DNA of 64,000 nt, from the sequence record PP813861.1; one strand, given 5' to 3'. Position 1 is the first letter of the stretch. Every line of letters starts with the position of its first letter. The position numbers were made by a program, and so were the translations under genes. The notes beneath the pieces were generated by a model. It searched no databases, had not been told where the DNA came from, and saw only the letters and a list, made by a program, of their open reading frames with translations. Below are positions 28,168-37,696 of this stretch, piece by piece.

Positions 28168-28562
28168 TTAGCGATGATCCGTTGTACGAAATGTTGGAGA
28201 TTTACAATCAGTCGATCGAACTCTTCCTTAGTCAGCTGATCACGATGAGATTCCAGAAGTACCTCTACCTCTGGAAGAACGTTGAGTGCGATATCCAATT
28301 GGATCTGCGAGATGAACTCTGCGACATCCAATCCGATATCACGCCTGAGTCGATTCACCAACTCGCGATGTTGCTCACTGTTACGGTAGGTAGAGATCTT
28401 ATCGATAAGAATATCGGAGATACTGCTTTCGATCTGTTGTACTTCGGTCGGGCCTTCTTCTTTGTAGACTGCCTTTACCGCCAGAATAGTCGCTACTGCG
28501 GTAGAGGCAACAGCAACTACAATGAGACCGAGTCCCAGTGCATTTTCTTTAATGAAGTTCAT
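28164..28562 (-). CDS. Protein with N-terminal membrane anchor
   Basis: LGLGLIVVAVASTAVATILAVKAVY followed by helical domain. Confidence 0.75.
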   Translation of the reverse strand: MNFIKENALGLGLIVVAVASTAVATILAVKAVYKEEGPTEVQQIESSISDILIDKISTYRNSEQHRELVNRLRRDIGLDVAEFISQIQLDIALNVLPEVEVLLESHRDQLTKEEFDRLIVNLQHFVQRIIAK

Positions 28563-28567
28563 GATTA

Positions 28568-28909
28568 TTACCCTTTCAGAGTAGCATCCGAATTGAAGAC
28601 ATCGGGACCAACCGAGAGACTTCCCAGAAGATCCGGAGCAAGGTAAACGGAGTTGAGGGTTTCGTATACACCTGTAACAGTATCTACGTTAACCAGACTA
28701 GAACTGCGCAGGGGTACCCATTCACCGTTAAGGAAGGTTTCGCCGACCAGTACACGAACACCATCTACGTCAGTGCGGTTCGGCCATAGAACCTTACCTT
28801 CTACTATTTCTACGTTACGAGCATGGTAGACTAGTTTACCATTCATGCGAGCAACGATATTCGGACGGCGCAAGTCGTCGACTACTTTAATTGCTACGGA
28901 CTCTTCCAT
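28568..28909 (-). CDS. Hypothetical protein
   Basis: 113 aa, AGGG RBS; C-terminal YETLNSVY motif seen in phage small proteins. Confidence 0.8.
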   Translation of the reverse strand: MEESVAIKVVDDLRRPNIVARMNGKLVYHARNVEIVEGKVLWPNRTDVDGVRVLVGETFLNGEWVPLRSSSLVNVDTVTGVYETLNSVYLAPDLLGSLSVGPDVFNSDATLKG

Positions 28910-28923
28910 TTTTATACCCTTAT

Positions 28924-29274
28924 TTACACTAAATAATTTACAACACGCAGATTATCTTCAGAAGAATAGTTCCAAAGAACTTTACCATAGGTAATTCCAT
29001 CTAACCATATTTCAATATGTTCTTTCTTAAGATCTGGAATACCCTGATTTATTTCTTCACCAATAATATCTCTATCGGCAGTAAGGTGATATAATGGTGT
29101 ACCGTCGCAATCACGTCCATACCCAAAAACATAAAGACGGGCGCCTGAATGCACATCTTCTACCAACTCACCAATAGCGATATTATGGTTTTTAGCCAAA
29201 TTATTCTCACGTACAGTTTTGCCATTCTCTTCAACAAGATCGCAGACGAGGATGACTACATTATCTTTAAGCAT
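28924..29274 (-). CDS. Conserved phage hypothetical protein (RDCDGTPLY family)
   Basis: 116 aa, GGAG RBS. Confidence 0.8.
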   Translation of the reverse strand: MLKDNVVILVCDLVEENGKTVRENNLAKNHNIAIGELVEDVHSGARLYVFGYGRDCDGTPLYHLTADRDIIGEEINQGIPDLKKEHIEIWLDGITYGKVLWNYSSEDNLRVVNYLV

Positions 29275-29300
29275 AATTATTCTCCATTTAATAGCGGTGA

Positions 29301-29456
29301 TTATTTGGTAACGAGAATTTCAACGCCATTAGGGGCGATGCGATGACCCAGTACAACTTCTTCTTGAGTAGTAGTCTTAGAACCATTGTCATAGTTGGCA
29401 TTGATGAACAGACCACCGAATACCATACCAACGACAACCAGGGCAATTGCTTTCAT
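29301..29456 (-). CDS. 51-aa membrane-anchored protein (MKAIALVVVGMVFGGLFINANY...)
   Basis: Manually found; AAGGA RBS; N-terminal TM or signal segment. Confidence 0.75.
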   Translation of the reverse strand: MKAIALVVVGMVFGGLFINANYDNGSKTTTQEEVVLGHRIAPNGVEILVTK

Positions 29457-29509
29457 GACGATATCCTTTGATTAGACTGCTTCGAGGTTATTGAGATAAG
29501 CTATCGGTA

Positions 29510-29770
29510 TTACATATCGTGCAGATAGGTCTCATCAACGATGGCACGGGCCAGCTCAATGAGGCTATCTTCATCAACAACAATGTTGCCATCTTTCCAA
29601 GTAGCACTATGGGACAACCAGTTACGGTAATCTTGACCTCGTACAGGATTGATGCATACCTGACGAGTAGCTGCATAACGGTCACCACGGAAACCCATGA
29701 TAGCACGTGCACGGCGGATTGCTTCTTTCTCCAAGTCTTCGTCAGATTTGAAAGTCAGGAAAGTTGCCAT
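29510..29770 (-). CDS. Small early protein
   Basis: 86 aa, AAGGAA RBS, first gene after TATATTAC. Confidence 0.8.
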   Translation of the reverse strand: MATFLTFKSDEDLEKEAIRRARAIMGFRGDRYAATRQVCINPVRGQDYRNWLSHSATWKDGNIVVDEDSLIELARAIVDETYLHDM

Positions 29771-29800
29771 GGTTTGATTCCTTTTTACTAATTTAATAGG

Positions 29801-29848
29801 TTTAATTACACTTTTGTAATATACTGTTTAAATAGGTTTGAATGTATT
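29801..29848 (-). promoter_or_regulatory. Early promoter module (TATATTAC core 29816-29823)
   Basis: Consensus match; ~48-nt flanks similar to the copies at 31276 and 31781. Confidence 0.8.
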
Positions 29849-29850
29849 TT

Positions 29851-30195
29851 TTATTTCCATATCCGACAATAGTCATCTACATGTCGAGTGATTTCAGCAA
29901 CAGCACGTAGTCGCCTACGGCCTGTCAATTTAGAACAATGTTTATTAATTAGTGAATCAACAGCCTTGCGCAGTTTAACACAACGTTCTTCATTGGGGAT
30001 ATCTTGTTCGATAAACGTGCTGGTTAGTTTTTGAATCTCTACATGTATTTTTTTACATGCATCTGTAGCAGCTCTTTCTTCACTTAACTTGTCATATGCC
30101 TCTACTAATTTAATTATAGCAGTGGCAACAGTGGTGGTAGTTACAAGAATTTGGATACCATTGATAAAGTTCTTATTAAACATTGTAAACTCCAA
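29851..30195 (-). CDS. Protein with N-terminal hydrophobic anchor
   Basis: GIQILVTTTTVATAIIKLVEAY then helical region. Confidence 0.75.
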   Translation of the reverse strand: MEFTMFNKNFINGIQILVTTTTVATAIIKLVEAYDKLSEERAATDACKKIHVEIQKLTSTFIEQDIPNEERCVKLRKAVDSLINKHCSKLTGRRRLRAVAEITRHVDDYCRIWK

Positions 30196-30234
30196 TTACT
30201 ATATTTAAAAAAATATATACGTATTAATAATAAA

Positions 30235-30254
30235 GCCCTCCCCGAAGGGAGGGT
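30235..30254 (-). terminator. Intrinsic terminator
   Basis: CCCTCCC-CGAA-GGGAGGG. Confidence 0.8.
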
Positions 30255-30262
30255 GTATTCCA

Positions 30263-30472
30263 TTAGGCGGAACCATACATTCTTTCAAAGTTGTTTACAT
30301 CACAACCTGAATAGTGTGTTGCTGAACCACCTGAGCTATTATCTACAATCTTAACTATCACCTCATCAGATTCGACATAAACATGCATTGTATCACGAAC
30401 GGAACAAACATGATCGCCCCGAGAACGTATAAATGCAGATACAGCTTCACTACTAATCTTTTGCTCAGTCAT
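30263..30472 (-). CDS. Small hypothetical protein
   Basis: 69 aa, GAGG RBS. Confidence 0.75.
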   Translation of the reverse strand: MTEQKISSEAVSAFIRSRGDHVCSVRDTMHVYVESDEVIVKIVDNSSGGSATHYSGCDVNNFERMYGSA

Positions 30473-30474
30473 TA

Positions 30475-30732
30475 TTATTTCCTCGATTTATTCCAGTTAA
30501 AATTATCTTTTGCATTTTTAGTGAAGAACCCGTCACCCCAACCAAACGAGTATCTAAAGTCCTTGACTACACCAGCATCTGAATCGATAACTTTATATTC
30601 GATGACTTTATCGCTATTTTCCAGAATGACTAAGATTGCGATAAGATCTTTAGGATTACCTACAGTCAGTTCATGTCTTTCAGACTCGTCTCTGTGGATA
30701 ACTATATACATGGTATTTAATTCTCCATTCAT
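30475..30732 (-). CDS. Small hypothetical protein
   Basis: 85 aa, ATGA overlap. Confidence 0.75.
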   Translation of the reverse strand: MNGELNTMYIVIHRDESERHELTVGNPKDLIAILVILENSDKVIEYKVIDSDAGVVKDFRYSFGWGDGFFTKNAKDNFNWNKSRK

Positions 30733-31244
30733 TCCCAGCTAGTTACAGGGAGTTCGAAGGTTTCACACAAGTCGAGTACCTTCCGATGTTCTAGGTTATT
30801 TTCAGGATAGAAGGTAATAGGTGTAGTAGGACTACCCCAATTAACACGACATCCAGTTTCTTTATGGATTTCACCAAGTGCAACATATGCACCTGCCCCA
30901 TCTGCATAACCCATTTGATTAGGGTTAATGCAGATTTGAGTAAAGCGCTCCATCAATACTCGATTAATAGTGACGGTCAAGAGACGAACAAACTCACGGG
31001 TCTTTTCGATGTCGTCTACCCAGAATTCCAGAAGGATCCATTTCCCATGAGGGTTATCATACCCACCTTGGAAGAATACACAGAAACCTTCTTTTGCTTT
31101 ATAAAACTCGTGATTGGTGATGTTGCATTCAACCATTTGTTTCACTGCATGCCATACACGCTCGGTAACATAATCACCATAAAGTTCGATGCAGTGACCA
31201 CGGCCAGGAAATTGTTCTTTTTCAGCAAATTTAATTTCGAACAT
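30729..31244 (-). CDS. Hypothetical early protein
   Basis: 171 aa, AAGGAA RBS, after TATATTAC. Confidence 0.8.
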   Translation of the reverse strand: MFEIKFAEKEQFPGRGHCIELYGDYVTERVWHAVKQMVECNITNHEFYKAKEGFCVFFQGGYDNPHGKWILLEFWVDDIEKTREFVRLLTVTINRVLMERFTQICINPNQMGYADGAGAYVALGEIHKETGCRVNWGSPTTPITFYPENNLEHRKVLDLCETFELPVTSWE

Positions 31245-31275
31245 GGTATAGATTCCTTTTTACATTAATTAAAGG

Positions 31276-31322
31276 TTTAATATCACGTTTGTAATATACG
31301 CTTTAAAATGGTTTAAATGTAT
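31276..31322 (-). promoter_or_regulatory. Early promoter module (TATATTAC core 31291-31298)
   Basis: Consensus match with conserved flanks. Confidence 0.8.
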
Positions 31323-31338
31323 TATCAGTAGGGAAGGG

Positions 31339-31752
31339 TTACCCTTTTAACTTTTTAATACTATTGGATAAGTACATGACACTACGGAAAATTTTGAATC
31401 TTGAAAAGTATTCACGTACTTCTTCTTTAGTCAATACAAGTCTTCCATCTTTGTTTACATTATCACCAAAGACAATTTCCTGAGTATTTTTCCATAAAGA
31501 TCTATAAAGATAACATCCGTGTGGTGCATCATACCAATCATAGATCTTAAGTTCAAATTCAACTTTGTCGACAATATCGTTATCAAATAAAATAATATTT
31601 CCTTTACTATTTAATTCCATTAACTCATTTGCACAACTTATTGCAAACTCAACCGCTGCCCAGGTCCTACTACCACTGAACATATCTTTATTTAATTTAC
31701 TTAGATCGATAGCATTATAAGTTGTTTTCTTAGGTTTCTTCATGGATTGCAC
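31339..31752 (-). CDS. Hypothetical early protein
   Basis: 137 aa, GAGGAG RBS. Confidence 0.8.
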   Translation of the reverse strand: MQSMKKPKKTTYNAIDLSKLNKDMFSGSRTWAAVEFAISCANELMELNSKGNIILFDNDIVDKVEFELKIYDWYDAPHGCYLYRSLWKNTQEIVFGDNVNKDGRLVLTKEEVREYFSRFKIFRSVMYLSNSIKKLKG

Positions 31753-31780
31753 TCCTCAATAATAAATAGAATAATCTATA

Positions 31781-31827
31781 TTTAATTCACTTTTGTAATA
31801 TACCCTTTAAATACATTTGAATACATG
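31781..31827 (-). promoter_or_regulatory. Early promoter module (TATATTAC core 31795-31802)
   Basis: Consensus match with conserved flanks. Confidence 0.8.
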
Positions 31828-31833
31828 ACATAA

Positions 31834-31855
31834 AGCCTTCCCCTGGGGGAAGGCT
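31834..31855 (-). terminator. Terminator after DHFR
   Basis: AGCCTTCCCC-TG-GGGGAAGGCT. Confidence 0.75.
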
Positions 31856-31859
31856 ATTA

Positions 31860-32381
31860 TTATGTTTTAATCCAATGGGTATATGTACATAGGTCAGTTT
31901 CTTTAATAATGGTTGATTTCCATTTATCCCATTTAATGATTTCTTTAGGGAAATAAACACAACTACTATTATCGATTTCCATCTTGACAGTAGTGATGTA
32001 CATTTCATCTAAAATATCCTTTTTAATGGCTTCTTTATAAAGTTGAGAACCACCAATGACCCATACATCCTTTTCAGTTTCTTTATTGAAATGAGTGGCA
32101 TAAACAACAGCTGCGCTCAGATCAGGGAGTACACCTAATTTATTATCACAGGATACTGGGTAATTACCGTTACGATATAAACTTGATGATACAACAATAT
32201 TATTACGATTAGGCAGTGGTTTACTACCTAAGGATAAGAAAGTATTCTTACCCATAATAACACAACAACCAGTTGTCATTTCTTTAAAGAAAGCTAAGTC
32301 TTCGGGTATATGCCAAGGTAATAGATTATTATACCCGATGACACCATTAAGATCGTGTGCGACAATTAATTTAATAGCCAT
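31860..32381 (-). CDS. folA: Dihydrofolate reductase (gp4)
   Basis: IVAHDLNGVIG-x4-LPWHIPEDLAFFK, VIMGKNTF, PLPNRNNIVVS, WVIGGSQLY. Confidence 0.97.
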   Translation of the reverse strand: MAIKLIVAHDLNGVIGYNNLLPWHIPEDLAFFKEMTTGCCVIMGKNTFLSLGSKPLPNRNNIVVSSSLYRNGNYPVSCDNKLGVLPDLSAAVVYATHFNKETEKDVWVIGGSQLYKEAIKKDILDEMYITTVKMEIDNSSCVYFPKEIIKWDKWKSTIIKETDLCTYTHWIKT

Positions 32382-32887
32382 TAATTTTCCTTAGGCCAGA
32401 ATTTACAAGTAACTTCATTATCTTTAAATTCAATAGCCCAACTACAGCAAGTGAAATTAGTTTTAAACTTAAATGTAGACGCTAATAGGTAATTAATTTG
32501 AGCCATTTGTAATAGCGTTAATTCGCCGTATACTTTCTCATCAATTAATACACCGGGTCTTTTATGTTTAATAACTAATTCATTCAGCTTAATATCTTGT
32601 TCAATATAAAGGTATTCTACTTCGCCTTTTTCTAGTATGGGTATGTCCCAAAGGATCAGACTAATCTGCTGTGTGAATTCTTCAATACTAGTTGTAATAT
32701 CTAGCCCTTCATAACCTATCAATAGATTTATAAGTACTTGTAGGCTAATCAGATTAACAGGTAAGTCTTTTAAATCGTCTTCTTTAATAGTTGTTCTAAA
32801 ATAAACAGTACCATCTAAGTTTTTAACTAATAACCTATTTAATAGATGATTGACTTCTGATTTAATCTGATAGTCCAGTTTGATCAT
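32381..32887 (-). CDS. Hypothetical protein (gp3 position)
   Basis: 168 aa, TAATG coupling to DHFR. Confidence 0.8.
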   Translation of the reverse strand: MIKLDYQIKSEVNHLLNRLLVKNLDGTVYFRTTIKEDDLKDLPVNLISLQVLINLLIGYEGLDITTSIEEFTQQISLILWDIPILEKGEVEYLYIEQDIKLNELVIKHKRPGVLIDEKVYGELTLLQMAQINYLLASTFKFKTNFTCCSWAIEFKDNEVTCKFWPKEN

Positions 32888-33446
32888 TAACTAATTCCTT
32901 AAGTCTAGTCATGCCATTACTAACTTCAATAATGTAACTGAAGTCAAAACTATATTTCATCATTTTGAATTCTTCTTTAAAGTTAGCGATATTTCCAGAC
33001 AGAGCAATTTGTTCAAATCGACTAAAATCAGTGATAGTTTCATCAAACATTAGTTCTCTTGCAGTAATATCCGGATCATAATTAGGATGATCAACTACAG
33101 TACCTTCATGATTTAAAGTACCTTGAAAATTCAAAGTCTTCTTAACATGGTCTACAGTTATTTTCCAGCTAGTCGCAATATACCGAGCTTTAACTAAATT
33201 AGGAGCATACCTGTAAATACACCATTGTAGTGGAGTGCCAACAGTTTGTGTGTCATGTGTGGCTTTTATAACTTTAATAAAATTCTCAAGTTGATCAAAT
33301 GTAACATTCCTAGTTACGCCATCACTAGTGGTTATATTAAGAGATGGTCGAAGACCAGTACCAAGATCATTGGTGATGATTATATCCTCAACTAAAGCTT
33401 CATATAACTTTAGTCCTTCTTTTCTGGATCCAACATCATTGCCCAT
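32862..33446 (-). CDS. gp2-position protein; candidate phage-nucleus shell-associated ChmB
   Basis: 194 aa, two genes upstream of DHFR; ChmB is gp2 in related phages as recalled; sequence not verified. Confidence 0.45.
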   Translation of the reverse strand: MGNDVGSRKEGLKLYEALVEDIIITNDLGTGLRPSLNITTSDGVTRNVTFDQLENFIKVIKATHDTQTVGTPLQWCIYRYAPNLVKARYIATSWKITVDHVKKTLNFQGTLNHEGTVVDHPNYDPDITARELMFDETITDFSRFEQIALSGNIANFKEEFKMMKYSFDFSYIIEVSNGMTRLKELVNDQTGLSD

Positions 33447-33799
33447 TGTTTAGCTTCCTCTTTTGTTACCAGTTGATAAAGTTTATTAAATTCATGTTGA
33501 CGCATTAATTTGTAATCTAATATACGCCCATTATTTTTACGAATTAAAATAATAAAATCACCCGGACAGACAATTTTATCTTTATCTGAACCCACACGTA
33601 AAATACCATGACTAGATTCAGTTAGATTACATAATGGACAGATAGCATTACTAAGAGTAGACTCTTTAGTAGGTATAGCATAACCAACAATAGCACCTTG
33701 GTTGATATTATTGATAACGCCATCACCAGGTATATCACCGTTCTTTTTCCATTCGATTGCTTCAATTGGATCGGTGTATTTCGGTAGATAAAAAGACAT
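33410..33799 (-). CDS. Hypothetical protein (gp1 position) with CxxC...H...C motif
   Basis: ICPLCNLTESSHG...IVCPGD suggests a metal-binding ribbon. Confidence 0.75.
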   Translation of the reverse strand: MSFYLPKYTDPIEAIEWKKNGDIPGDGVINNINQGAIVGYAIPTKESTLSNAICPLCNLTESSHGILRVGSDKDKIVCPGDFIILIRKNNGRILDYKLMRQHEFNKLYQLVTKEEAKQWAMMLDPEKKD

Positions 33800-34143
33800 T
33801 CTTAATTAACTCCGATAAATAATAGTAGTATAGTAAAAAGCACTTAGGTATATTTCTATTTTAAGCTATATTGCTGATAAAATAAAACCTAAGGGTACAT
33901 AGCGGGTTATTGTTTAAAGCTCTTAAATAGCACGGTAGAACGATATTGGACTATATAGCTGTAACCCTTATGGCACTAAGGCTACATAGGTTTTTAAGAT
34001 AAAGATATCCAATGTACCATAATATGCTTTTACAATAGATCAACTAAATTCATTTAAAATGGGTCGTAAAAATACTTAGTTGATCTAAAGATATGTTGAA
34101 TACTTTTTCACATGAACTTACGACTCACAATTGGAAATTAACA

Positions 34144-36432
34144 ATGTTAAAAACTATCATTAAACTAGACGGTACTGAAGAAGCATACTCACCTGCTAAG
34201 ATTAATGGTTGGGGTGAATGGGCAGCCCAACATCTTGGCGATAAGGTGGATTGGAGTAGTGTTGTGATGGATGCTGTTCAAGCTCTTGGTGATAAAACTT
34301 CATCACAAGAACTACAATTACAACTTATTGAAGAATGTTTAAATCGTAAGACATGGTCTTATTATCTAATGGCTGGTAGACTATATGCGATTTATCTTCG
34401 TAAGAAGTTCTATGGTCTAAATGGCATCCCAACTGTTAAAGCGCTTCAAACCAGGATGCGTAAAGATGGTATCATTGTTAAATTAGATTATAGTAGTAAA
34501 GAATACGCTCAGATTGAAAAGATCATTGATCACGATCTTGACCTACTTTGTCCGCATTTTTCACTTCATCACATTCGTGGAAAGTATGCTCTACGTAATC
34601 GTAAAACTGGTCAAGAATATGAGACTGCCCAGTTTGTATATATGCGAATGGCAATGGCTCTAGCTGAAAAAGAGCCAGCTGAAACTCGCATGACTCATGT
34701 GGAGAATTACTATAAACTACTTTCTAATAAAATTCTTAGTGCGCCAACACCTAACTACGTTAACCTAGGTACTAAGCTTCGTGGTTTTGCATCATGTTGC
34801 CTATTTGCTTCTGGTGATAATGGTGTATCACTGGCAATGGGCGATTATATTGCTAACATCATGACCCAATCATCAGCAGGCATTGGTGTTAACTTAATGA
34901 CTAGGTCAATTGGTGATCCTATCCGTAATGGCCTAATCATTCACCAAGGTAAGAAACCATACATCGATGTAATTGGTAAAGCAGTAAGGGCTAACCTACA
35001 AAATGGTCGAGGTGGTGCTGTTACGTGTTACTACAGTGCTTTCGATCCTGAAGCAGATATGATTACTCAGCTACGTAATCCACGTTCTACTGAGGATAGG
35101 AAGAACCGTGATCTTCACTATGCATTCCTAAGTAATAAGTTCTTTGCTAAGAAAGCGGCTCAGAAAGATGGCATGATCTTTGTATTCAATCCATTTACTG
35201 CACCAGATCTACATGAGGCTTTCTATAGTGGTAATATTGATAAGTTTATTAAGCTTTATGAAAAATATGAAGCAGATCCTAAATTTGAGAAAACCTATGT
35301 AAATGCTCGGGATCTTCTCAAATCAATGCTAGTTGAAGCATATGAGACTGGAACCATCTATTCAGCTCAAATTGATGAACTCAATCATCATACACCATTT
35401 AAAGAACCTATTTACAGTTCTAACCTCTGCCTTGAAATCGCAGAACCCACTAAGCCTTACTATCGAATGGAAGATCTTTATTCTAGTGAGGATCATGGTC
35501 GCGGTGAAATTGCTACTTGTTCACTGGCTGCTATTGCAGTGGATAATGTTCCTGATAAGCAAACTTATGAAATGGCAGCTTACTACGCACTTAAGATGAT
35601 TGACTATTGTATCCTTAATGCAGAGTATGCTTTCCCACACCTTGCACTAACCGCTAAGAATCGAATGAGTGCTGGTGTTGGTATCATGGGTCTAGCTACG
35701 CATATGGCACGTGCTGGCCTTAAATATAGTAGCGATGCTGGTAAAGCTGAAATCCACTTCATTGCTGAACGGCATATGTACTTCCTTATTAAGGCGTCAC
35801 TTAAGATTGCTAAAGAACGTGGTAATGCGCCTTGGATTCATAAGACTAAATGGCCAGAGGGATGGACTCCACGTAAGACTTATAATAAGTCAGTGGATAC
35901 TATCATTGAAGGTGGTTTTGAAGAACTTTATCCATGGGATGAGCTAGAGAAAGAGATTAAGGAGAATGGTGGTATTGCACACTCCGTACTAGCTGCATAC
36001 ATGCCGGGTGAGGCGTCATCTAAAGCACTAGGATCAACTAATGGTCCATATCCGGTACGTCGTCTAATTCTTAATAAGACTGATAATGGCGCACGTGTAC
36101 TATGGGCTGCTCCATATGGAGATGATGATTCTTATGTGTATGAATCAGCTTATGATATCCCCACTAAAGATCTTATTGATTGCTATGCCATTATTCAAAA
36201 GTGGACTGATCAAACAATCAGTGCGGACCTCTATCGACGCATTGTAGGTTCTGAAAAGATCTCTTCTAATGAAATGCTAAGTAATCACTTCTACATGGTG
36301 AAACGTGGAATGAAAACCCGGTATTATGTAAATCTAGAAACAGCAGCAGGACTTGATATTAAATCACTCGAACGTGCTGTTGAGGTAACTAATGCCGAAG
36401 TTGGGTGTGCAGGCGGTTCGTGCACTCTTTAA
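34144..36432 (+). CDS. nrdA: Class Ia ribonucleotide reductase alpha subunit
   Basis: ATP-cone start MLKTIIKLDG, SAPTP, FASCCLF, SSNLCLEI, TRYY, C-terminal CAGGSC; start moved from 34093. Confidence 0.96.
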   Translation: MLKTIIKLDGTEEAYSPAKINGWGEWAAQHLGDKVDWSSVVMDAVQALGDKTSSQELQLQLIEECLNRKTWSYYLMAGRLYAIYLRKKFYGLNGIPTVKALQTRMRKDGIIVKLDYSSKEYAQIEKIIDHDLDLLCPHFSLHHIRGKYALRNRKTGQEYETAQFVYMRMAMALAEKEPAETRMTHVENYYKLLSNKILSAPTPNYVNLGTKLRGFASCCLFASGDNGVSLAMGDYIANIMTQSSAGIGVNLMTRSIGDPIRNGLIIHQGKKPYIDVIGKAVRANLQNGRGGAVTCYYSAFDPEADMITQLRNPRSTEDRKNRDLHYAFLSNKFFAKKAAQKDGMIFVFNPFTAPDLHEAFYSGNIDKFIKLYEKYEADPKFEKTYVNARDLLKSMLVEAYETGTIYSAQIDELNHHTPFKEPIYSSNLCLEIAEPTKPYYRMEDLYSSEDHGRGEIATCSLAAIAVDNVPDKQTYEMAAYYALKMIDYCILNAEYAFPHLALTAKNRMSAGVGIMGLATHMARAGLKYSSDAGKAEIHFIAERHMYFLIKASLKIAKERGNAPWIHKTKWPEGWTPRKTYNKSVDTIIEGGFEELYPWDELEKEIKENGGIAHSVLAAYMPGEASSKALGSTNGPYPVRRLILNKTDNGARVLWAAPYGDDDSYVYESAYDIPTKDLIDCYAIIQKWTDQTISADLYRRIVGSEKISSNEMLSNHFYMVKRGMKTRYYVNLETAAGLDIKSLERAVEVTNAEVGCAGGSCTL

Positions 36433-36440
36433 GTGTATAC

Positions 36441-36462
36441 ACCCTCCCTTAATTGGGAGGGT
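36441..36462 (+). terminator. Terminator, identical to the 38118-38139 copy
   Basis: ACCCTCCC-TTAATT-GGGAGGGT. Confidence 0.8.
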
Positions 36463-36532
36463 GTTATTCCCAATTTATACTAACCTCTATTATTTATTGT
36501 AAGAAATATTTTTAAATTGTAAAGGAACTGAC

Positions 36533-37696
36533 ATGTCTACTAAATCACAACTACCAAAGAAAATCTTCAATGCGGCTAAGAGTGATTATCATCTACCAGA
36601 AATTATTCTTGGAGATGACCCAGGTCTACTAGATTCAATCCACACTCATTATCCTAAAATGTGGGACCTATATAAGCGTCTAAAAATGCTTGATTGGGAT
36701 GAGTTAGAATTTGACTTTTCTACTTGTCTAGTAGAATTTGAAACATGTGATAAATCAACTTATGACATGATGATTAAGACACTGGCGTGGCAATGGGAAG
36801 CTGACTCTGTAGCCAGTCGTTCCATTGTTAATATTCTATCACCTGTCATGACTGATTCACGAGTATGGGCAGGATATGTACGTATTAATGATAATGAAGA
36901 CGTACATGCTTTAACTTATTCTGAAATTGTACGTAATAGCTTTAAAGATCCTAAAGTTATTCTAGATGAAATTCTTAGGGTAGAAGAAGCACAAGAACGG
37001 ATGGTTGCAGTAGCCCGCACTATGGGTGAAGCACATGACGCAGTTCACGCGTATGCTCTTAATCAGGTACCCAATGATCAAGAACTTTACAATAAGGTAT
37101 TCATGTTCTTCATCGCTCTATATTTCCTTGAGCGTATTCAGTTCATGGCATCCTTTGCTGTGACTTTCGCTATTGGTCGCACCGGTGCATTCCAGCAAAT
37201 TGCAGCTGCTGTTAAGAAGATTGCCCAAGACGAATTCGAAATCCATGCGCAATATGGCCAAGAAGTTATTCGTGCACTACTAGCAACTGAACGTGGTAAA
37301 CTCGCTTATAGTCAATGTAAAGATAAAATCATTGAACTACTATGGGAAATTGTAAAGACTGAAGTCACCTGGGTTAATTATCTATTCTCTGAAGGTCGTG
37401 AACTAACTGGCGTTAATGCGACTAAACTTATTAACTGGGTACTTTTCAATGCTAATGCCGCAGCAACATTCCTAAGTGTTGAAAATGATATTGTAGAACA
37501 GTATCAAGTAGAGTTTAAAGAATCGGCTGGATTTGATTTTGTTTGGCCAGAGAAGAACCCACTTCTTTATATGGAAGACTACCTAGATATTTCATCAACC
37601 CAAGCATCTCCTCAAGAAGAAGAGAAACCTGATTACATGGTTAACGTTGTGAATGATGTTGGCGAAGAAGAAGAATTCGAAGTGGATTTCATGTGA
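36533..37696 (+). CDS. nrdB: Class Ia ribonucleotide reductase beta subunit
   Basis: WEADS, NEDVHALTYS (radical Tyr), LERIQFMASF, QDEFEIH diiron ligands. Confidence 0.96.
   Translation: MSTKSQLPKKIFNAAKSDYHLPEIILGDDPGLLDSIHTHYPKMWDLYKRLKMLDWDELEFDFSTCLVEFETCDKSTYDMMIKTLAWQWEADSVASRSIVNILSPVMTDSRVWAGYVRINDNEDVHALTYSEIVRNSFKDPKVILDEILRVEEAQERMVAVARTMGEAHDAVHAYALNQVPNDQELYNKVFMFFIALYFLERIQFMASFAVTFAIGRTGAFQQIAAAVKKIAQDEFEIHAQYGQEVIRALLATERGKLAYSQCKDKIIELLWEIVKTEVTWVNYLFSEGRELTGVNATKLINWVLFNANAAATFLSVENDIVEQYQVEFKESAGFDFVWPEKNPLLYMEDYLDISSTQASPQEEEKPDYMVNVVNDVGEEEEFEVDFM

Noticed and set aside
28134-28646. 170-aa plus-strand ORF
   Set aside because: Antisense shadow of the 28164-28562 and 28568-28909 genes
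29488-29712. 74-aa alternative-frame ORF
   Set aside because: Nested in 29510-29770, which has the RBS and promoter
21150-31900. Possible CRISPR-like or mini-array
   Set aside because: Recurrent sequences are terminators and promoters at irregular spacing; no constant repeat-spacer period and no cas genes
34093-34143. Track start of nrdA at 34093
   Set aside because: ATP-cone homology and RBS favour ATG 34144
34144-37696. Intron or intein in nrdA/nrdB
   Set aside because: Both ORFs are continuous, normal in length, and all catalytic motifs are in place
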